Part shown: piece after piece, positions 18,998-25,758 of the stretch
How the letters are laid out: the number at the start of each line of letters is the position of its first letter
Numbering within the stretch: position 1 is the first letter of the stretch
Assembly: GCA_945862225.1 (NCBI GenBank)
Contig: CAMAXG010000002.1
Location: 1 to 46,422 of the forward strand
DNA from: Thermoflexus hugenholtzii JAD2
Lineage (GTDB): Bacteria > Chloroflexota > Limnocylindria > Limnocylindrales > Limnocylindraceae
Direction of reading: 5' to 3'
DNA length: 46,422 bases
The notes under the pieces: model-generated
The model's input: the letters and a program-made list of their open reading frames with translations, nothing else
Databases searched by the model: none
Told to the model about the DNA's origin: nothing
Translations under genes and position numbers: made by a program

Positions 18998-20782
18998 ATG
19001 CGCATGAGCGAACTCTTCTTTACGACCCTCCGGGAGGATCCCGCCGACGCGGAGATGCCCTCCCATCGACTCCTGCTCCGTGCTGGGTACATTCGGCCAC
19101 TTGGTGCTGGAATCTATTCGCTCCTCCCGCTCGGCATGCGCGTCAACATGCGCGTCACCCAGGTGATTCGCGAAGAGATGAACGCCATCGGCGCCCAAGA
19201 GATGCTGATGCCGGTCGTGCACCCTGCCGACCTCTGGCGCGAGACGGGTCGCTACGACCAGATCGGCCCAGAGATGGGCCGCTTCAACGACCGCGGTGGC
19301 CGCGACATGGTCTTGGCGATGACGCACGAAGAGGTGGTGACTGACCTACTTCGCAAGCTGATCAACTCGTGGCGCCAACTCCCACAGCAGATGTACCACT
19401 TCCAAACCAAGTGGCGTGACGAGCCACGGGCGCGCGGTGGACTTATTCGCGTGCGCGAGTTCACGATGAAGGACGCCTATAGCGCCGACCGTGATGAGGC
19501 GGGCCTTGATCGCTCCTACAAGCTCTACTACCACGCCTATACGCGCATCTTTGCTCGGCTTGGACTCGAGGCGATCGCCGTGGCCAGCGATGTTGGCATG
19601 ATGGGCGGCTCACTGGCGCACGAGTTCATGGCCTTCAGCCCGTTTGGTGAAGATAGCCTCGTGCTCTGCGATGGCTGCGGTGCTGCCGCGAACCGACAGG
19701 TCGCCGTTGTGAAGCGCGAGATCCCAGCAAGCGCGCCACAGGAGCCGCTCAAGGAGATCGCAACGCCAGGCGCCTCAACCATTGTTGAACTTGCGGCGCA
19801 GCTGAAGGTTCCTGCGTCGACCTGTGCAAAGGCGGTCTTCTTCGCCGACCGCGATGGACGACTCATTGTTGCCATCGTCCGCGGCGATGATGAGGTTGAA
19901 GAGACGAAGTTGACCAACGCCATCGGTGCGCGAGACCTCCGACCCGCACGCGAAGAAGAGATTCGCGCCGCTGGCATGGAGCCAGGGTACGCATCCCCTG
20001 TGGGAATCAAGGAGGCAACCGTCGTCGTGGATGAGCTCGTCGCAACGACCGCCAATATGGTTGCAGGAGCCAACAAGGCGGGCTATCACCTGACCGGCGT
20101 GAACGTCGGCCGAGACTACACGCCAACTGCCGTCGCCGACATCGCATCAGCGAAAGTGGGCGATGCCTGCCTCGCCTGTGGTGGCAAACTGCGCATCGAG
20201 AACGGCATTGAGGTTGGCAACATCTTCAAGCTCGGCACTCGATACACCGGTGCGCTGGGTGCCACCTACGCCGACGAGGCGGGGGTCTCGCACCCGATCG
20301 TGATGGGCTCGTATGGAATCGGCGTTGGCCGTGCGGTTGCCTGTATCGCCGAGGCGCACCACGACGAGAAGGGCCTCTCCTGGCCGATCTCGATCAGCCC
20401 CTTTGACGCGCAGGTTGCGATCGTTGGCGCGAACAAGGACCCGAAGGTGACCGAGATCGCACTCGCCCTTGAGGCGGAGGCTGAGGCTGCTGGCATTGAG
20501 CTGCTCGTCGATGATCGGGCCGAGACCCCTGGCGTGAAGTTCGCCGATGCCGAGCTGATTGGTGCGCCATGGATGATCACCATCTCGCCGCGCTCGCTTG
20601 AAGCTGGCGGCGCAGAGGTTACCCGGCGCTCAACGGGTGAGCGAAGCGTCCTACCGGTGAGCGAGGTGCTCAACGCCATTCGTGACGCGCAGGCGAGCGA
20701 TCGTGCCGCGATTGAGGCGGAGCTGCTCAAGCGCGGGTATCCACCGCGGCATGCAGCACGCGATCCGCACCCAGCCGCCTGA
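18998..20782 (+). CDS. proS: proline--tRNA ligase (bacterial type with INS editing domain)
   Basis: 594 aa with the typical ProRS N-terminus (TLREDPADAEMPSHRLLLRAGYIRPLGAGIYS) and class II motifs. No SD is present; TAGGAT lies 7 nt upstream of the ATG. Confidence 0.95.
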   Translation: MRMSELFFTTLREDPADAEMPSHRLLLRAGYIRPLGAGIYSLLPLGMRVNMRVTQVIREEMNAIGAQEMLMPVVHPADLWRETGRYDQIGPEMGRFNDRGGRDMVLAMTHEEVVTDLLRKLINSWRQLPQQMYHFQTKWRDEPRARGGLIRVREFTMKDAYSADRDEAGLDRSYKLYYHAYTRIFARLGLEAIAVASDVGMMGGSLAHEFMAFSPFGEDSLVLCDGCGAAANRQVAVVKREIPASAPQEPLKEIATPGASTIVELAAQLKVPASTCAKAVFFADRDGRLIVAIVRGDDEVEETKLTNAIGARDLRPAREEEIRAAGMEPGYASPVGIKEATVVVDELVATTANMVAGANKAGYHLTGVNVGRDYTPTAVADIASAKVGDACLACGGKLRIENGIEVGNIFKLGTRYTGALGATYADEAGVSHPIVMGSYGIGVGRAVACIAEAHHDEKGLSWPISISPFDAQVAIVGANKDPKVTEIALALEAEAEAAGIELLVDDRAETPGVKFADAELIGAPWMITISPRSLEAGGAEVTRRSTGERSVLPVSEVLNAIRDAQASDRAAIEAELLKRGYPPRHAARDPHPAA

Positions 20783-21996
20783 TGCCCGACATCATCATCG
20801 GGCTTGCAACGGTACTGGTCTCTGCAGGGATCACCTATCTGGTTGTTCGCGGCTTCACGGCGCAAGACGTAGCAACAGAGGCCGATCGCGCAGCACGGGA
20901 GAGCAGTCGGGCAGACGTTGCCTGGGATCGCGCTGATCGTCGATCTGAGCGCCTGAACGCCCTCCTTGAGGCAACCGACGATGCCATTCTCCGCGTCGGC
21001 TCGGATCTCGTTATCCGCGCCGCAAGCCCGGTCACCGGTGAGATCCTTGCGCGTGGCGATGTGCAGTTCCGTGGCATGCCGCTGATCGAAGCGACCGTTG
21101 ACTTCCGACTCGAGGAGCTCACCCGCAAGGCGATCGCTGGCGAAGTGCATCGCGGCGAGATTGATATTCGCGACGGCCGCCTTGGGCACTCCGACGAGGC
21201 GCGACACGTCTCTGTGGTGGCAGCACCCGATGGTGATGGCGGCGCCTGGCTGGTCTTGCGCGACCTGACTGAGGTGCGTCGACTGCGACAGATTCGCACC
21301 GAGTTCGTAGACAACCTCTCGCACGAGCTGCGCACGCCGCTCTCAACGATCCGCCTCCTCGCGGAGACGATTGGCGGCGCCGCAGCGAAGGGTGATGTTT
21401 CTGGTGTGGCAAGCCGCAGTGCCAAGATCGAGGTTGAGGTGCTCCACCTCGTTCAGATGGCCGATGAGATGCTCGACCTCGCCACCCTAGAGGCGGGTGA
21501 GATCCCGCTCCGCAAGGCCGAGTTCGACCTGATCACCTTGGCCGAGGAGGTCGCGCAGCGATTCACTCCGGTCGCGGCACAGCATGGCGGCGGCATTGAT
21601 GTGATCGGCACAGGCCCACTCCTCATTACTGGCGACCGTGATCGCCTACGCCAGGCGGTGGCCAATCTTGTCCATAACGCCGTGAAGTACAGCCGCGAGG
21701 GCGGCCGTGTTGAGCTGCAGATTGATCGGCTGAACGATGGCGGATCGCAGATCGCCGTGATTGATCACGGCATTGGCATTGACCGCGCCCACCTTTCACG
21801 CATCTTCGAGCGCTTCTTCACGGTGGAACGAGTCGATGGTGGTGCGGGGGCTGTGGGCGGCGGCGGGACCGGACTCGGTCTCGCGATTGCCCGACACGCC
21901 GTGCTTCGTCACGGCGGTGAGATCACCGTGACCTCGACCGCTGGCGTTGGAACAACCTTCACGATCACGCTGCCAGCCGCCGGAGCCGCCTCCTGA
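20782..21996 (+). CDS. PhoR/SenX3-like sensor histidine kinase
   Basis: 404 aa with one N-terminal TM segment, a PAS-like region, an H-box (NLSHELRTPLSTI) and N/G1/G2 boxes (VHNAVKYS, DHGIGI, GGTGLGLAIARH). The ATG shares one base with the proS TGA (TGATG). Confidence 0.85.
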   Translation: MPDIIIGLATVLVSAGITYLVVRGFTAQDVATEADRAARESSRADVAWDRADRRSERLNALLEATDDAILRVGSDLVIRAASPVTGEILARGDVQFRGMPLIEATVDFRLEELTRKAIAGEVHRGEIDIRDGRLGHSDEARHVSVVAAPDGDGGAWLVLRDLTEVRRLRQIRTEFVDNLSHELRTPLSTIRLLAETIGGAAAKGDVSGVASRSAKIEVEVLHLVQMADEMLDLATLEAGEIPLRKAEFDLITLAEEVAQRFTPVAAQHGGGIDVIGTGPLLITGDRDRLRQAVANLVHNAVKYSREGGRVELQIDRLNDGGSQIAVIDHGIGIDRAHLSRIFERFFTVERVDGGAGAVGGGGTGLGLAIARHAVLRHGGEITVTSTAGVGTTFTITLPAAGAAS

Positions 21997-22706
21997 CTCT
22001 TCGCCCGAGCGCGATCGGTCGTGCACGTGAGGCACTCCAGCGTCCGATTCTCCTCGCTCATCGTGGAGCTCACAACGAGACGATCCGTGAGAACAGCCTC
22101 GCCGCCCTCGCTGCAGGTGCGGAGCAGTGCGATGGCGTGGAGTTTGACGTGCGCTTTAGCGCCGAAGGGGTAGCGGTGATCGTGCACGATGAGACGCTCG
22201 ATCGACTCTTCGGGGTGCCACGTCGCGTAAGTGAACTCTCCGTCACTGAGCTAGCGGGCTTGGGTGTGCCAATGCTCACCGAAGCGCTGGCTGCCATGCC
22301 CGCCACCACGTTGATTGACCTCGAACTAAAGGAGCAGCCCACCGACGATCTCTTCACCACCCTTGTTGCTGCTCGCGGGCCTGAGGCTGAGGCGGTTGTG
22401 CTCTCCAGCTTTCACCCGGGTGCCCTTAAAGCGGTTGAAGAGCGTGCGCCTGACTGGTCGCGTTGGCTGAACGCTGAAACCGCGGCAGAGGCGGAGCAGG
22501 CGACCGCACTCGGCTGCGTCGGGGTATCTGTCGCAATGGAACTCCTGAACGACGCGAACATCAGCCTCTGGCGCGATGCAGGGCTCGAGGTTGCGGCCTG
22601 GACGTTACGGAGTGAGGAGGGTGCCGCATGGGCGAGTGACCTGCGCCTCACTGCCCTCTGTGTCGAGGGCGAAGGGGTTACTGCCGCTCGCGCGGCGAAG
22701 CGCTAA
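21993..22706 (+). CDS. glycerophosphodiester phosphodiesterase (GDPD family), probable non-canonical CTG start
   Basis: The frame is open from 21921. GDPD catalytic N-terminal motifs LAHRGAHNETIRENS (22053-22097) lie upstream of the first ATG/GTG/TTG in frame (GTG 22137). CTG 21993 overlaps the kinase TGA (CTGA) and has GGAG 7 nt upstream. The conservative canonical-start call would be 22137..22706. Confidence 0.65.
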   Translation: MTLRPSAIGRAREALQRPILLAHRGAHNETIRENSLAALAAGAEQCDGVEFDVRFSAEGVAVIVHDETLDRLFGVPRRVSELSVTELAGLGVPMLTEALAAMPATTLIDLELKEQPTDDLFTTLVAARGPEAEAVVLSSFHPGALKAVEERAPDWSRWLNAETAAEAEQATALGCVGVSVAMELLNDANISLWRDAGLEVAAWTLRSEEGAAWASDLRLTALCVEGEGVTAARAAKR

Positions 22707-23227
22707 CGCTCGCTCTTCGGAGCGCGAAGGTGCGCGGGGGGGACGAGCGCAACAAGGCGGCCGCTCCCAGGCGAGTACGGGGCGGCGATATCGATGCGGA
22801 TCATGGACCCCTTCTCAACAGGAATCGAGGCAATGCCGGTCAGCTCGGTGATCAGATTGCCAAGGTGGGGCTGGTGCCCGACGAGGAGGAGGGCGTCGTG
22901 ACCGCGTCGACCGAGGAGCTTGGCGACATGCGCCGCAGTTGGGCCGTCGGCAAGTTGATCATCGATTGTTGCAGTCGTCTCTAGCGCTGCGGCAATAACG
23001 GCGCAGGTTTCGGTGCAGCGACGAGCTGGCGAGGTGCGCAGTGATCCAACGTTCGTGCCAGCGGCTACGAGCGCCGCCGCAAGTCGGGCGGCCTGCTTGA
23101 CCCCCTTTGAGCTGAGTGGTCGCTCCGCGTCGGGACCGATCCATTCGGACGGATCACCAGCGTCGGCGTGGCGAACGATGTAGAGGCGCTTCGATTCGGT
23201 GGTTGAAGCTGCGCGATCCGAACTCAA
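22703..23227 (-). CDS. sixA: SixA-type phosphohistidine phosphatase (histidine phosphatase superfamily)
   Basis: 174 aa with the RHADAG catalytic motif near the N-terminus (LYIVRHADAGD), RPLSSKG and VGHQPHLG. The TTG start overlaps the phoU TGA (TTGA). Confidence 0.7.
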   Translation of the reverse strand: MSSDRAASTTESKRLYIVRHADAGDPSEWIGPDAERPLSSKGVKQAARLAAALVAAGTNVGSLRTSPARRCTETCAVIAAALETTATIDDQLADGPTAAHVAKLLGRRGHDALLLVGHQPHLGNLITELTGIASIPVEKGSMIRIDIAAPYSPGSGRLVALVPPAHLRAPKSER

Positions 23228-23973
23228 GGATTGAGGTCCTCAACCTCTCCCGAGGCAAGGTAGACAATGTCTTCGGCGATGTTCGTGGTGCGATCACCGA
23301 TACGCTCAAGGTAGTGCGCAGCAAAGAGGAGTCGCGTGCCGCGAGCAACGTTTGACTTATCTGCCTCCATCAGGCGGATGCACTCATCAAATGACTGTCG
23401 ATAGAGGGCGTCGATCTGGTCGTCGCTGACCGCTACCTCGCGGGCGCGAACCGGGTCAACGTCGACGAGCGCCATCAAGATGCCGTGGAGCTGGGTGGCT
23501 GCCAGCTCGCCAATCTCGGGTAGGTGCAGGTAGCGCTGCAGCGCGGGCTCTGGGGCGAGTTGGACGGCGATCTTCGCGACTGATGCGGCATGGTCACCGA
23601 TGCGCTCCAGCTCATAGACGACGTGGTTCATCATCAGGAGGTTGCGCAGGTCACGTGCCACCGGGCTCTGCGTTGCGATGGTGGTGGTGATCGCGGTAAT
23701 GACCTCGTGCTGCATATCGTTGATCTTTCGATCGCCGATGATCACTGCCGTGGCCTTCTCGGCGTTGTGGGTGACGAGCGCATCGAGGGCGTCACGGATC
23801 GCCGCCTCAGCCATGCTCCCCATGCGGACGACCGTCTCCTTGATGTTGCGCAGCTCGCGGTCAAGCGGCTCGCGGGCACCCTGTGGCGCCGCAGTGGCCC
23901 CGTCGGACGCGGTGCGAGCGAGGATCTCCTGGATCTCGCTCTCGACTCGACCCTGATCGTCTCCTGTTGGCAT
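23224..23973 (-). CDS. phoU: phosphate signalling complex protein PhoU
   Basis: Two PhoU repeats with the conserved E/DxxxD-type motif (YELERIGDHAASVAK, YLERIGDRTTNIAEDIVY). I prefer ATG 23973, which has GGAGGG upstream. GTG 24006 directly abuts a TAGGAT -10 box and is less likely. Confidence 0.85.
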   Translation of the reverse strand: MPTGDDQGRVESEIQEILARTASDGATAAPQGAREPLDRELRNIKETVVRMGSMAEAAIRDALDALVTHNAEKATAVIIGDRKINDMQHEVITAITTTIATQSPVARDLRNLLMMNHVVYELERIGDHAASVAKIAVQLAPEPALQRYLHLPEIGELAATQLHGILMALVDVDPVRAREVAVSDDQIDALYRQSFDECIRLMEADKSNVARGTRLLFAAHYLERIGDRTTNIAEDIVYLASGEVEDLNP

Positions 23974-24006
23974 TTTCCCTCCGAGCTGCTCAAGTAATTG
24001 GCTCAC

Positions 24007-24012
24007 ATCCTA
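24007..24012 (-). promoter_or_regulatory. TAGGAT -10 box for the phoU-sixA operon
   Basis: The reverse strand reads GGTAGGAT directly before GTG 24006. The predicted TSS gives a short leader carrying GGAGGG before ATG 23973. Confidence 0.4.
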
Positions 24013-24051
24013 CCGCCCCAGCCCCGCCAAGAGGGAATCTCCGTTCACGGC

Positions 24052-24057
24052 TAGGAT
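24052..24057 (+). promoter_or_regulatory. TAGGAT -10 box, leaderless geometry for ppx
   Basis: TAGGAT, then 6 nt, then ATG 24064, with no SD. Confidence 0.45.
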
Positions 24058-24063
24058 GCGCGG

Positions 24064-25125
24064 ATGGTGGCAGGAAGGCGTTCACGCAGTGTTCACGCGG
24101 CGAGGCCGCGTTCGGGCGCCACCCCGCAGACCCCCAAGGCCCGCCGCGGCCGGGTGGGCAGCTCGGAAGCTGGCATCCCACGGGTCTGTGCCGTGGTCGA
24201 CATCGGCTCCAATTCAACGCACCTCTATGTGGCCGTCTCGGACGGGGTTCGCCAAGAGGTAATCGCCGATGAGTCGATGCCGATTGAGCTCGGTCGGCTG
24301 GTCGAACAGGACCGCACAATTGGGCGTAAGGCCACCACAGCGATTAGTGACGTGCTCGCGGCGTTTCGCACACGTGCCAGCGTCTTGGGTGCGGATGAGC
24401 TGTTTGTCGTTGCTACCGAACCGTTCCGTCGCGCCCGTGATCAAGAGAGTGTGCTGCGCGCGCTTCGCGGACCAAAGTTTGGTGCGCCAATCGTGCTGAC
24501 CCATGAAGAGGAGGGGCTCCTCACTGTCCTCGGCCTACACCACGGACACGACCACTCGGTGCCACAGCTCGTCGTTGACATTGGTGGTGGCTCAACCGAA
24601 GCGGTGGAGCTTCATCCAGGAGAGTTGCCGCGTGCGATCGGTGTCTCCATCGGATCGGCGCGCCTATTGGCGCGCGTCTCATACCAGGACCCACCACGGC
24701 CGCGCGAGTGGCAGGAGCTCCGTCGACATGCCCAGATCGCGCTGGCCGACCTTACCGTTGCCGATGTTCATCGTCTGATCTTGGTGGGCGGGACTGCAAC
24801 ACGCCTACTCAAGCTTGTTCCGGCAACTCTGATCAGCCGCACGATTGAGCGCGAAGATCTCGCAGCAATGGGGGAGCGGCTCGTGGCACTGACGGCAAAG
24901 GAGGTTGCGGAACGCTTTGCAATCTCACAGCGCCGTGCACGACTCCTTCCAGCGGGGATCGCGATCGTAGAGGCGCTGCTGCAGCGAACCACCGCGCGCG
25001 AAGTTACTGTTGATCGCGGCGGCATTCGCGAAGGCCTGGTTGTTGCTGTAGCCCGAGCGGGTGATGGCTGGCGCGATGCCCTCCCAACTCTGGTGATGGA
25101 GACTCGCGCAGGCTCCTCGCGCTAG
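24064..25125 (+). CDS. ppx: Ppx/GppA-family exopolyphosphatase
   Basis: 353 aa with an ASKHA-fold N-terminal motif (AVVDIGSNSTHLYVA) and a second phosphate motif (LVVDIGGGSTE). About 40 basic residues precede the fold. TAGGAT lies 6 nt upstream of the ATG. Confidence 0.8.
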   Translation: MVAGRRSRSVHAARPRSGATPQTPKARRGRVGSSEAGIPRVCAVVDIGSNSTHLYVAVSDGVRQEVIADESMPIELGRLVEQDRTIGRKATTAISDVLAAFRTRASVLGADELFVVATEPFRRARDQESVLRALRGPKFGAPIVLTHEEEGLLTVLGLHHGHDHSVPQLVVDIGGGSTEAVELHPGELPRAIGVSIGSARLLARVSYQDPPRPREWQELRRHAQIALADLTVADVHRLILVGGTATRLLKLVPATLISRTIEREDLAAMGERLVALTAKEVAERFAISQRRARLLPAGIAIVEALLQRTTAREVTVDRGGIREGLVVAVARAGDGWRDALPTLVMETRAGSSR

Positions 25126-25751
25126 ATTGAGATTGAGAGCAGCCGCGCCGCTCGCTCAACCTTTGATTCACCACCGACCGTAACCCCCGGTTGCGCAGCA
25201 AGCCATGCGGTGAGTTCGCTGACCGCACGATCACGAGCTTCGGGCGGAACGGTGGCGAGAAACTCAATCTCAAGTTCAGTCCAGCGGCGCTCCCCTTCAG
25301 GTGTCGGAGTGACCGCGCGGACCTCGTCCAGGCTGAGCAGTGCGAACTCCCCGTCGCCATTCGAGAGCGCCACCGGCTGGCGCTCCTGGCGAAGGGTGAG
25401 ATACGGCTGCAGGCGATCGAGGACGTGGGCCGTATCAACTCCAGCCTCAGCGAGCGTCGTCGCAATCTCGGACGGGAGCTCTTCACCCTGCTCTGGCGTG
25501 CGCTCGATCTCTATCCGCTCACTCAGAGGGCCTGAGGTGCCAACGGTTCGCACGGATTTGAGCGTGTAGCGCAACGCTTCGCCATCGGCTCGGCGGCGTC
25601 GTAGTCGCCAGCCAGCGGCGAGAATTTGGCCGCGATAGTCCAGGTACTCATCAAGTAGGTGGAGTGTGGCTTCGGGCTCACCCGAACGGTAGTCGCTGGG
25701 GAGTGCGGGGATGTGCGCGTGCTCGAGAAGGAATTTCAACTCGCGCTCCAT
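25122..25751 (-). CDS. CYTH-domain (triphosphate tunnel metalloenzyme) protein
   Basis: The N-terminal ExExK signature (MERELKFLL) fits if the start is ATG 25751. The ORF-track extension to 25802 would overlap ppk1. About 209 aa. Confidence 0.7.
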   Translation of the reverse strand: MERELKFLLEHAHIPALPSDYRSGEPEATLHLLDEYLDYRGQILAAGWRLRRRRADGEALRYTLKSVRTVGTSGPLSERIEIERTPEQGEELPSEIATTLAEAGVDTAHVLDRLQPYLTLRQERQPVALSNGDGEFALLSLDEVRAVTPTPEGERRWTELEIEFLATVPPEARDRAVSELTAWLAAQPGVTVGGESKVERAARLLSISI

Positions 25752-25758
25752 GGCGAGA

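Noticed and set aside
21900-21996. A programmed -1 frameshift fusing the histidine kinase to the GDPD domain. The GDPD frame is the -1 frame relative to the kinase and is open from 21921.
   Set aside because: No slippery heptamer (X XXY YYZ) or downstream structure is visible in 21921-21996. A CTG start with an SD and a CTGA overlap explains the data more simply. I keep this only as a formal alternative.
24043-24048. A PHO-box-like GTTCAC hexamer in the phoU/ppx divergent region.
   Set aside because: Only a single unit is present. Actinobacterial PhoP sites are tandem 11-nt direct repeats, and the neighbouring 11-mers do not match. This is not enough evidence to call a site.
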